Positions 1 to 8,052 of a stretch of 58,368 nucleotides of DNA are shown here, in pieces. Under the pieces are notes generated by a model. That model had not been told where the DNA came from, made no database searches, and saw only the letters and a list, made by a program, of their open reading frames with translations. Origin of the DNA: a virus (taxonomy: Duplodnaviria; Caudoviricetes); IMG/VR virus record IMGVR_UViG_3300030108_004301, positions 1-58,368 of that record; one strand, given 5' to 3'. The position numbers were made by a program, and so were the translations under genes. Within the stretch, counting starts at the first letter, position 1; the number at the start of each line of letters is the position of its first letter.

Positions 1-270
1 ATTAGTAAAACCATTGGTAAACTAGCGAATCAATATACTGTTGCAGATCATAAGGTGTTTTTAGGTGTTAGACCTGACAAATTTGTTTACCGTCACACAC
101 CACAAAACAGGATAGCTGATCAAGTAAAACTTAAAACTATTAGTCTTAATCCTTTAGCAACAACTTATGTTGACCAACTTATACAAAAACTTTTCAATTG
201 TTTTGGTATCAAATACAACAGGCGAGAAATTGTAAACATTTTGGTTGACTACAACTGCATGGAGTTATAG
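1..270 (+). CDS. hypothetical protein, 5'-truncated by window edge
   Basis: The frame of ORF 55..270 is open back to position 1 (ISKTIGKLANQY...). It may be the C-terminal part of the ORF starting at 58016. Confidence 0.55.
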   Translation: MSKTIGKLANQYTVADHKVFLGVRPDKFVYRHTPQNRIADQVKLKTISLNPLATTYVDQLIQKLFNCFGIKYNRREIVNILVDYNCMEL

Positions 271-271
271 T

Positions 272-628
272 ATGGAAAAAATTAATTGGGTTCGTAGTAA
301 TAATCTTAATGATTTTTTTAATTTATACGATAAACTACCCTCGCACATAAAAAGTGTCGTTAAAGACATTGTTGGTAAGGGTGAGTTTTTGTACTACGAT
401 TTTGAAGGTCACCCTAATAAATCTTCAGTCACAGTACCAAAAGTCTTTGATGATAATCCAAAATGTAATTGGTTTCAAATATTCAGTTATAATTGTGGTT
501 GTCAACACTTTATCATACGCAAACCTCAAAAAAATGGTGGTGTTTTGTATGAGTTGAAACTTAATGGTCACCATACTTTTGGTGTACCACCGATGTTTAT
601 TTATAAAGAAAAGGAAAAACAATGGTAA
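272..628 (+). CDS. hypothetical protein
   Basis: ATG 272 is preceded by GGAG and is in frame with track ORF 245..628. Confidence 0.65.
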   Translation: MEKINWVRSNNLNDFFNLYDKLPSHIKSVVKDIVGKGEFLYYDFEGHPNKSSVTVPKVFDDNPKCNWFQIFSYNCGCQHFIIRKPQKNGGVLYELKLNGHHTFGVPPMFIYKEKEKQW

Positions 629-789
629 AAAAACTTGCGAGTGTACTACCAAGAATATTAGAGAACATTGTAAACAATGGCGATAATACTTTTGACAAAC
701 CTTTTATTGAACAACAGTTAAAAGGGACTAGTTGGCAGTATGAGTGGGTTGACTCAAAAGATGGTAGACCACAAATTAAAATATGGTAG
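622..789 (+). CDS. small hypothetical protein (55 aa, MVKKLASVLP...)
   Basis: ATG overlaps the end of the previous gene, AAGGA lies upstream, and the ORF fills the gap. Below the ORF-track cutoff. Confidence 0.5.
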   Translation: MVKKLASVLPRILENIVNNGDNTFDKPFIEQQLKGTSWQYEWVDSKDGRPQIKIW

Positions 790-795
790 AGTGTT

Positions 796-1203
796 TTGAA
801 ACCTGAATCTAAATTGTGGCAACAGTTAAAAAAAGGGACACAGGATATGGGAGTGTTTTGGACACGCATTGAGTCGTGGTCTAGTCCTGGTGTCCCAGAT
901 GTTCACGGTATCAAAAATGGTGTTAGCTTTTGGGTTGAACTTAAGATCTCCAACTTAAAAACACTTAAATCCATTGGACTCAGCCCACATCAAAAATCGT
1001 GGCAATACAAATATTCTCAACAGTCAGGGAATATCTTTAACCTTGTCAGCCATCCTTCGTCCCGAACCTTAAAAATATTTGGTGGTTCGCGATCCCTGGA
1101 ACTTAACGATCAAAAAAGATCCTTGGTTCCTGATCTGGAGGTTCCGTTTCCTGTTGATTGGAAGATCGTTCTTGATCATATTATATCTCACTCTGGTTCT
1201 TAA
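796..1203 (+). CDS. VRR-NUC / Holliday-junction-resolvase-like PD-(D/E)XK nuclease
   Basis: Motifs E..LW, RIES...GVPD, FWVELK and LSPHQ..W, typical of phage VRR-NUC nucleases. Confidence 0.8.
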   Translation: MKPESKLWQQLKKGTQDMGVFWTRIESWSSPGVPDVHGIKNGVSFWVELKISNLKTLKSIGLSPHQKSWQYKYSQQSGNIFNLVSHPSSRTLKIFGGSRSLELNDQKRSLVPDLEVPFPVDWKIVLDHIISHSGS

Positions 1204-1266
1204 TGTGTCGTGCGATAAAAAAAGACTTGCCAATCAAGTTTGATCAAATTTGATCGGTGCCGATCG
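1064..1266. repeat. GATC/GTTC-dense motif cluster I
   Basis: 9 GATC (1091, 1108, 1118, 1132, 1164, 1174, 1242, 1252, 1262) and 7 GTTC/GAAC in about 200 bp. Confidence 0.85.
1250..1266. repeat. 17-bp direct repeat copy 1 (TTGATCGGTGCCGATCG), containing palindrome GATCGG-TG-CCGATC
   Basis: Exact copy at 1790-1806. Confidence 0.95.
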
Positions 1267-1367
1267 TTAGTTTTTTAAAGAAAACATTGGAAGACGTTTG
1301 ATGCACATTGGTTTGTATTTAGTGTAATATATAATTTTAATATTAACAATTAACATGGAGCGTCAAA

Positions 1368-1694
1368 ATGGGTTATACTAATTTTTGGCAACAACAAACA
1401 GACTTTACTCCTAGTGAGTGGTCTCAAGTTGTGACAGAAGCCGAGTACATAAAAGACTGGGCTCTTAACAATTCATTAAATGCTATAGCAAGTGTAGTTA
1501 TAGAAAAAGATCATATAATAATTGATGGTGTTCACCCTAATGTGTGTGAGAACTTTGTCCTTTACCGTAAACCACCAAATAGGGACAGACCTCAATTTTG
1601 CAAAACACAACTGCGTTTGTATGATCTAGCAGTACGGCATTTATTGAGTGTCTGTAGTGCAGTAAAAGCAGACTTTTCTCACCACGCTAATTAA
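1368..1694 (+). CDS. phage hypothetical protein (MGYTNFW...FCKT..YD.AV type)
   Basis: TATAAT-like element and GGAG upstream. N-terminal MGYT.(F/Y)W and FCKT motifs recalled from uncharacterised phage proteins. Confidence 0.75.
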   Translation: MGYTNFWQQQTDFTPSEWSQVVTEAEYIKDWALNNSLNAIASVVIEKDHIIIDGVHPNVCENFVLYRKPPNRDRPQFCKTQLRLYDLAVRHLLSVCSAVKADFSHHAN

Positions 1695-1698
1695 CAAA

Positions 1699-1806
1699 GA
1701 TCCTCGGTTCTCAGGTTCCGAGGTTCTCGGTTCTTGACTGGGGGATCATAATAGATCTTTGATGTTCTGGTTCTCATAAGAGATCTTTATTGATCGGTGC
1801 CGATCG
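1699..1806. repeat. GATC/GGTTC-dense motif cluster II, ending in 17-bp repeat copy 2 (1790-1806)
   Basis: 6 GATC (1699, 1744, 1754, 1782, 1792, 1802) and 6 GTTC (1707, 1715, 1723, 1730, 1764, 1770). Also a CCTCGG...CCGAGG inverted repeat at 1702-1723. Confidence 0.9.
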
Positions 1807-2056
1807 CAGTCGGTAAAAACGGAATAAAAAATTATGGTCATAACAAATTATTACTTTAATATTTTTAATATGTTTATGTTTATTTTAATTTACTGTATTT
1901 GCCTTTATATACTGTATAAACTGTATAACTAATTTTTAGGCTTGTAAGTAATTGTTTTTATTGTGTTTTTTACAAAACCGTACCATTTACAAAAAACACC
2001 ACCAAAAAACCAAAAAATAATTTCTAGCTAAACCATTGGTTTTATTGCCTTTTTAC

Positions 2057-2123
2057 ATTGTTATAAAAATACTGCTTATTGTTATAAAAATAAATGGTAT
2101 AATTAATTATGCCAATAGGCATA
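2057..2123 (+). promoter_or_regulatory. extended -10 promoter (TGgTATAAT 2095-2103) with upstream 15-bp direct repeat and downstream palindrome
   Basis: ATTGTTATAAAAATA at 2057 and 2078 (21-bp period). TATGCC-AATA-GGCATA at 2108-2123. Confidence 0.65.
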
Positions 2124-2153
2124 TTAATATTAACAAAAATAAGGTAAAAACAA

Positions 2154-2639
2154 ATGTTAAAAACTTTACAAAAAAATAAGGCAGTAAGTTTTAAACAAGT
2201 TATTTTAGTTAGCAACCATATAGGCAAAACAACTGCTTATAAACCTTTTACAACTGCAAGCGTAAAACAGTTTGTAAACGCAAATGGTGGCGGTAGTTAT
2301 AATAATATTACTGTTACGCCTTGCAATAATGTAAACCTAAAAAATACACCACCAATTAGTTTTGGTTATAATGGTGGTAAAGGCACTAAGCATAAAAACT
2401 TTGGTGGCACTAGGGCTTTAATACTAAATAGCTTTTTATTTGGTGTTACTGCAAACCATGCACCCGCTTTAAATGGTAATGGCAACTATAATTTAGGTGC
2501 AATACTTAACGCATTAAAGGTGCATAAAGTTAGCCCTACTTTGTGGGGTTGTGTGTTTTTGCTAAATGGTGGCACTAGCCCTAGCAATAACGCTTATGGC
2601 ACTAGCTTTATTAAGTTAGTAGCTAACCAAACTAAATAA
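2154..2639 (+). CDS. Asp/Glu-free basic hypothetical protein, paralogue of 56419..56850
   Basis: 161-aa ORF with its own promoter, AAGGT RBS and terminator. Aligns by eye with the 56419 protein (QFV...GG, P..NV.L.N..P..FGY.G, G.RA.I.N..L.G, GG.SPS....T..IKLV). Confidence 0.85.
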   Translation: MLKTLQKNKAVSFKQVILVSNHIGKTTAYKPFTTASVKQFVNANGGGSYNNITVTPCNNVNLKNTPPISFGYNGGKGTKHKNFGGTRALILNSFLFGVTANHAPALNGNGNYNLGAILNALKVHKVSPTLWGCVFLLNGGTSPSNNAYGTSFIKLVANQTK

Positions 2640-2658
2640 CTTTTTACTTACTGCCTAT

Positions 2659-2698
2659 AGCCCTAAGTACTTTTAAAAAGGTACTTAGGGCTTTTTTA
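2659..2698 (+). terminator. intrinsic terminator
   Basis: AGCCCTAAGTAC / GTACTTAGGGCT 12-bp stem followed by a T-run. Confidence 0.85.
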
Positions 2699-3006
2699 TT
2701 GGGCTTGTTTTATTTTGCTTTTTTGCACCCCCCTAGAGAGCTTTGCATTACACAAGGCGTCAGCGTAATGCAAGTTTTGGACGATTCTTTGGATATGAAA
2801 AAAATATCATAGACCGTACCCCCTTTACTGTTTGTTTTGATAATAGGTTCATTGCCCTTGAAAAATTTTCGATATATAAATAAAGTATGAATGAAACCCA
2901 ACAACAGCTGATTTTTATTTTAATTGTTTTTGAAATATGTTTACATTTGGCAGAAATATGGTTTGATTTTATGCAGCACATTCATTTTTACGGATTTGAG
3001 TGGTAA

Positions 3007-4494
3007 ATGACTCATTTAAAAATGAACAATAATTTAGATTTTATACCTGAAGAAAAATTAAAGAACTATGCTAATTTGATTAGTAAGGCAAAGGAGCTGA
3101 CTGATGCAGAAAAGGCTCGTTTGGATTTTATGCAGTTTACAAAAATGGTTTGGCCAGAGTTTATAGAAGGTAGCCACCATAAGATAATGGCGAAAAAATT
3201 TAATTTACTGGCAGAGGGTAAGTTAAAACGATTGATAGTGAATATGCCACCACGACACACGAAATCTGAATTTTCAAGTTTTTTACTTCCAGCGTGGCTG
3301 ATAGGTAAAAAGCCGAATTTAAAAATTATGCAGACTACACACACAGCTGAGTTAGCCTTTAGGTTTGGTAGAAAAACAAGAAACTTGATGAACTCACAGG
3401 AATACAAAAAAGTATTTAACAAAGTAAATTTGAGAGTGGACAGCCAAGCGGCAGGACGATGGGAAACAGAAAACGGTGGAGAGTATTTTGCGGCAGGAGT
3501 AGGAGGAGCGGTGACTGGTCGAGGTGCGGATTTATTAATAGTGGATGACCCTCATAGTGAGCAAGATGCACTGAGCCCAACTGCTTTAGAAAATGCTTAT
3601 GAATGGTATACATCGGGACCCCGACAGCGTTTGCAACCTGGAGGCAGCATAGTAATAGTAATGACACGCTGGGCAGAAAACGATTTAACAGGGAAGTTGA
3701 TACGCCAACAAGCTAGAGATATATTAGCCGATAAGTGGGAAGTAATAGAATTCCCCGCTTTGATGCCCGAAAGTGATGAGCCGATGTGGCCTGAGTTTTG
3801 GAATAAGAAAGATTTATTAAATGTAAAAGGAAGTTTATCAGTAGCCAAGTGGGAAGCCCAATGGCAACAAAACCCGACAAGTGAAGCGTCGGCACTTTTA
3901 AAAAGAGATTGGTGGAAGCGGTGGAAGAAAAAAGAAATGCCACCTTTGGAATATATAATGCAAAGTTATGATACAGCGTTTAATAAAAACAATAATGCTG
4001 ACTATAGTGCGATTACAACTTGGGGAGTATTTTACCCAGAAGAAACAGGAACACCGAATATAATTTTATGTGATGCCCGAAAAGATCGATGGGAGTTTCC
4101 TGAATTACGACGAGTAGCGTTAGAAGAATATAAGTATTGGGATCCTGAATGCGTATTAATTGAAGCAAAAGCGAGTGGTATGCCATTGACCCAAGAACTA
4201 CGGAATATGGGAATCCCAGTCATGAACTACAGCCCAAGTAGAGGGAATGATAAATTTGCTCGTGTAAATTCAGTTGCACCAATAGTCGAAAGTGGGTTAG
4301 TATGGGTTCCAGATACTCGTTGGGGTGAAGAAGTAATAGAAGAGTGTGCTGCTTTCCCTGCTGGAGAACACGATGATTATGTTGATACAGTTACACAGGC
4401 GTTACGAAGATTTAGAGAAGGCGGCTTTATATCTCACCCTGATGATTACGAAGAAGATCGTATTGGTATCAACAGAGAAAGGATTTATTACTGA
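3007..4494 (+). CDS. terL: terminase large subunit
   Basis: Walker A-like MPPRHTKS, Walker B LLIVDDP, VMTRW motif, and C-terminal RNase H-like nuclease (SYDTA, HDDYVD). Confidence 0.96.
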   Translation: MTHLKMNNNLDFIPEEKLKNYANLISKAKELTDAEKARLDFMQFTKMVWPEFIEGSHHKIMAKKFNLLAEGKLKRLIVNMPPRHTKSEFSSFLLPAWLIGKKPNLKIMQTTHTAELAFRFGRKTRNLMNSQEYKKVFNKVNLRVDSQAAGRWETENGGEYFAAGVGGAVTGRGADLLIVDDPHSEQDALSPTALENAYEWYTSGPRQRLQPGGSIVIVMTRWAENDLTGKLIRQQARDILADKWEVIEFPALMPESDEPMWPEFWNKKDLLNVKGSLSVAKWEAQWQQNPTSEASALLKRDWWKRWKKKEMPPLEYIMQSYDTAFNKNNNADYSAITTWGVFYPEETGTPNIILCDARKDRWEFPELRRVALEEYKYWDPECVLIEAKASGMPLTQELRNMGIPVMNYSPSRGNDKFARVNSVAPIVESGLVWVPDTRWGEEVIEECAAFPAGEHDDYVDTVTQALRRFREGGFISHPDDYEEDRIGINRERIYY

Positions 4495-6878
4495 TGGCTG
4501 AAGAAATAGAACAAATTAAAAAACCATCAAATGTAGAAAAGAGTTTAATTTCTAATGATGTGTTGAGTGAATTTTCTGTTGAGGAAGAAAACCTTCAAGG
4601 ACAGGAAGATGATTTTTTAAATATGGATGTTGAAGTTGAAACAGATGATGAAGGTGGAGCAGAAGTTACTTTTGGTGAACAAGAAGAAGAGACAGGTGTA
4701 GAACCTGATGATTTTTTTGGGAACTTGGTCGATGGACTTTCTGAATCAACTTTATCAGAAATATCCCGTTATGTTATGACTTCTGTTGAAGAAGATAAAA
4801 ACAGTCGTAAGGATTGGGAAGACAGTTACACAAATGGATTAGATTTATTAGGGCTGCGTTATGAAAACAGAACAGAACCTTTTGATGGTGCTACTGGTGT
4901 AGTGCATCCAATATTAAATGAGGCAGTTACACAGTTTCAGGCAGGAGCGTATAAAGAAATGTTACCTTCATCGGGACCTGTTCGTGCTCAAATTGTAGGT
5001 GAACCTACTGCGGAAATAGAAAAACAGGCACAGCGAGTAGAAGATTACATGAATTATCAAATTATGTATGAAATGGAAGAGTACGAACCAGAGTTTGACC
5101 AGATGTTATTTTTCTTAGGGTTGGCTGGAAGTGCATTTAAAAAAGTTTATTTTGATGATTTACTCAAAAGACCAGTAAGTAAGTTCATACCAGCAGAAGA
5201 TGTGGTCGTACCGTATACTGCTTCTGACTTACGATCGGCTGAGCGTGTTTCTCATGTCATAAAAATGAATGAAAATGAACTGCGTAAGTTACAAGTGAGT
5301 GGTTTTTACAAAGATATGGAACTAAAAGGCGGTTTAACAGAGGATTCTTCGCCCATTGATGAAAAATATGATGAGATTGAAGGTAAATCAACAAACTCTT
5401 ACGAGGAAGAATACACTTTATATGAGTGTCATTGCTATTTTGACCTTGAAGAGTACCCTGACAGGAAGGTTGATGGCGAAAATTCAGGCATAAAACTACC
5501 TTATATCGTTACAGTTTGTTCAGACACGCAAGATGTACTGAGTGTAAGAAGAAATTTTTTGCCTGATGACGCAAAAAAAGACAAAATACCACATTTTGTG
5601 CAATATAAGTTCACTCCTGGACTAGGTTTTTATGGTTTTGGACTAATTCACTTGCTTGGTAACCTTTCTAGAACTGCAACTGCTAATTTAAGACAATTAA
5701 TTGATGCAGGAACGCTATCAAATATGCCAGCAGGATTTAAAGCGAGGGGTTTACGCATAGCTGATGACTCAGAACCTTTACAACCTGGAGAATTTAGAGA
5801 TGTTGATGTTCCAGGAGGTGATTTACGCACAAGTTTGATGGCTTTACCTTACAAAGAACCTTCAGGAACGCTGTTTCAGCTGATGGGTTTTGTTGTACAG
5901 TCAGCTCAACGGTTTATTGGAACAACTGATATTGGTGTAGGTGACGGAAACCAAGAAACACCAGTCGGTACAACTATTGCGTTGTTAGAAAGGGGAGCTA
6001 GAATAATTTCTGCTGTCCATAAACGATTACACGCTAGTTTAAAAAATGAATTGAAGTTATTAGCACGATTATTTGGACAAGATCCAAACCCTTACCCTTA
6101 CCCTGTTGGTGTTGATGCACAAGTAAAGACTACAGATTTTGATGCTCGTATCGATATTATACCCGTTAGTGACCCTAATATTTTTAGTATGTCGCAAAGA
6201 GTAGTTTTAGCACAAGAACAATTAAAACTTGCGAGTGCTGCACCAGATTTGCACAACCTTTATGAATCATACCGTCGTGTGTATGAGGCGTTAGGTGTAA
6301 AGAATGTAGATCAGATATTAAAACCTCGCATGGTTCCTATGCCTAGAGACCCAGCCCAAGAAAACCAAGATGCCTCAGTTGCTGCGGCTGGTCAAACTAA
6401 ATTACAGGCATACCCTACGCAAAATCACGATGCTCATATCGCTGTTCATTTGGCGTATATGCAATCAAAAGTTGCTAAGATGCAACCAGCAGTTTTACTT
6501 ACTTTAGAAAAACATATTTTTGAACATATCGGTTTGAAAGCTCAAGTATTGGCTGCTCAACAACTACAACCACAGGAACAACAAAACCCAGATCTTGTTG
6601 CTTCTAAGGTAGCAGAAATACAATCACAGTTAATGCTTGATTATTTACAAAAGAATCCTCCGCAACCAGACCAAGAACCATTGGTGGCGTTAAAACAACA
6701 AGAACTTGCTCTTCGTGCTCAAGAACAACAAACAGATGCGTTCAACGAGCAACAAAAATTAAAACAAGAGCAAATGAAAACACAACAACAAGGTTCTATT
6801 GCTAGGGAACGCATACAATCTACTGAGGATATAGCCAATATGCGAGCTCAAATAGCTTTAGAAAGAACACGAAAATAA
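4494..6878 (+). CDS. portal protein
   Basis: 794 aa directly after terL. Motifs GSAFKKVY, GFYGFGLIH, LRQLIDAG and PVGTT.AL of P22-like portals, with a coiled-coil C-terminus. Confidence 0.9.
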   Translation: MAEEIEQIKKPSNVEKSLISNDVLSEFSVEEENLQGQEDDFLNMDVEVETDDEGGAEVTFGEQEEETGVEPDDFFGNLVDGLSESTLSEISRYVMTSVEEDKNSRKDWEDSYTNGLDLLGLRYENRTEPFDGATGVVHPILNEAVTQFQAGAYKEMLPSSGPVRAQIVGEPTAEIEKQAQRVEDYMNYQIMYEMEEYEPEFDQMLFFLGLAGSAFKKVYFDDLLKRPVSKFIPAEDVVVPYTASDLRSAERVSHVIKMNENELRKLQVSGFYKDMELKGGLTEDSSPIDEKYDEIEGKSTNSYEEEYTLYECHCYFDLEEYPDRKVDGENSGIKLPYIVTVCSDTQDVLSVRRNFLPDDAKKDKIPHFVQYKFTPGLGFYGFGLIHLLGNLSRTATANLRQLIDAGTLSNMPAGFKARGLRIADDSEPLQPGEFRDVDVPGGDLRTSLMALPYKEPSGTLFQLMGFVVQSAQRFIGTTDIGVGDGNQETPVGTTIALLERGARIISAVHKRLHASLKNELKLLARLFGQDPNPYPYPVGVDAQVKTTDFDARIDIIPVSDPNIFSMSQRVVLAQEQLKLASAAPDLHNLYESYRRVYEALGVKNVDQILKPRMVPMPRDPAQENQDASVAAAGQTKLQAYPTQNHDAHIAVHLAYMQSKVAKMQPAVLLTLEKHIFEHIGLKAQVLAAQQLQPQEQQNPDLVASKVAEIQSQLMLDYLQKNPPQPDQEPLVALKQQELALRAQEQQTDAFNEQQKLKQEQMKTQQQGSIARERIQSTEDIANMRAQIALERTRK

Positions 6879-6887
6879 GGAAAACTT

Positions 6888-7061
6888 ATGAAAGGACAAA
6901 AAAATGTTTCAAAAAATAAAAGAAAAAATAAATTATCTGTCAAGTTTGGTGGAGGCGGTGAAGCAGTCCTCGACAAAACAGAAAATAGGGTGGCTAACGC
7001 TAATGTTTCTAGAGGCGGTGGTGCTTCTTTGGCTGGTATAGATTTTAAAGGAGTATTTTAA
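6888..7061 (+). CDS. small basic hypothetical protein (57 aa, ends RGGGASLAGIDFKGVF)
   Basis: AAGGA RBS. Fills the portal-holin gap exactly. Confidence 0.6.
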   Translation: MKGQKNVSKNKRKNKLSVKFGGGGEAVLDKTENRVANANVSRGGGASLAGIDFKGVF

Positions 7062-7454
7062 ATGTTAACAGCACTTATAGGACCAGTAACAAGTTTACTT
7101 GATAAATTTATTGAGGACAAAGATCAGAAAAACAAATTAGCTCATGAGATAGCAACAATGGCTGACAAACAGGCTCATGAGATAGCTAAGGCACAAATGG
7201 ATATAAATAAAGAAGAAGCAAAGTCTAGGCATTGGTGGATTGCTGGATGGCGTCCTGCTTGTGGGTGGATTTGCACTTTGGCTATGGGTTATCATTTTAT
7301 AATTCAACCTTTTCTTATATTTTTCCTAGCTTTATTTGGTTTAAAAATGGATATACCTACTTTTGACATGGACACGCTAATGACTGTTTTACTAGGAATG
7401 TTAGGACTTGGCGGTTTAAGATCATTTGAGAAACATAAGAAACTTACAAAATAA
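7062..7454 (+). CDS. putative holin (3TM / GTA-type)
   Basis: WRPACGW motif, hydrophobic segments and C-terminal GLGGLRSFEK. Confidence 0.75.
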   Translation: MLTALIGPVTSLLDKFIEDKDQKNKLAHEIATMADKQAHEIAKAQMDINKEEAKSRHWWIAGWRPACGWICTLAMGYHFIIQPFLIFFLALFGLKMDIPTFDMDTLMTVLLGMLGLGGLRSFEKHKKLTK

Positions 7455-7457
7455 TTT

Positions 7458-7652
7458 ATGGAAACACTTTACTTTTACGAAAAGTCACTTAAGATAATAC
7501 GCAAGAGACAAGAAGACATAAGAGAAACCATATGTCATGGTCCTGTTAACGACTTCGAGTCTTTTAAAGAGCTCCGTGCAAAATTGCAAGAGCTCGTTAT
7601 TATAGAACAGGAGTTAAAAGACCTGCTAGAAAGAGAAGAAAAAAATGGGTAA
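7458..7652 (+). CDS. hypothetical protein
   Basis: ORF within a tight operon. Confidence 0.65.
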   Translation: METLYFYEKSLKIIRKRQEDIRETICHGPVNDFESFKELRAKLQELVIIEQELKDLLEREEKNG

Positions 7653-8037
7653 ATTACTAGTTCCAGAAAGATTCGCAAAACAAGACGAACAAACATCTTT
7701 GGAAAAATTACCAACCCCGACAGGATGGAGAATACTTATCTTACCATACAGAGGTAAAGGCACAACAAAAGGTGGTGTTTACTTACCAGAAAAAACTGTC
7801 GACACTCAAGCAGTAGCTACTGTTTGCGGTTATGTCTTAAAGGTTGGACCTCTAGCATATAAAGATCAAGAAAAATTTGGAGAAACTGGTGCTTGGTGTA
7901 AAGAGCAGGACTGGGTTATTTTTGGTAGATATGCTGGTAGTCGTTTTAAAATAGAGGGTGGCGAAGTTAGAATCTTAAACGATGATGAAATTTTAGCTAC
8001 TGTCAAAGACCCAGAGGACATAGTACATCAATTTTAA
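7645..8037 (+). CDS. groES: GroES/Cpn10-like co-chaperonin
   Basis: PTGWRILI, TKGGVYLP, VLKVGP, GRYAG and ILNDDEILA motifs. Confidence 0.9.
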   Translation: MGKLLVPERFAKQDEQTSLEKLPTPTGWRILILPYRGKGTTKGGVYLPEKTVDTQAVATVCGYVLKVGPLAYKDQEKFGETGAWCKEQDWVIFGRYAGSRFKIEGGEVRILNDDEILATVKDPEDIVHQF

Positions 8038-8052
8038 CATTATGGAGATATA

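Larger units (their letters stand above)
1840..2735. other. GA/TC-dinucleotide-free island
   Basis: Read base by base: zero GA and a single TC (2023-2024) in about 896 bp. Confidence 0.93.

Noticed and set aside
712-840. CAACAGTTAAAA(AAA)GGGAC occurring twice in adjacent ORFs
   Set aside because: Short, AT-rich and coding in both places. No further copies seen, so it could be chance or a trivial local duplication.
1250-1806. 17-bp direct repeats as att sites, a CRISPR mini-array or a mobile-element boundary
   Set aside because: Only two copies 540 bp apart, with no integrase, transposase or cas gene. Better explained as part of the GATC array.
1840-2735. UV-photoproduct avoidance or low complexity as the cause of the TC-free island
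   Set aside because: TT, CT and CC dipyrimidines are abundant there and the segment encodes a complex protein. Only the GA/TC pair is missing.
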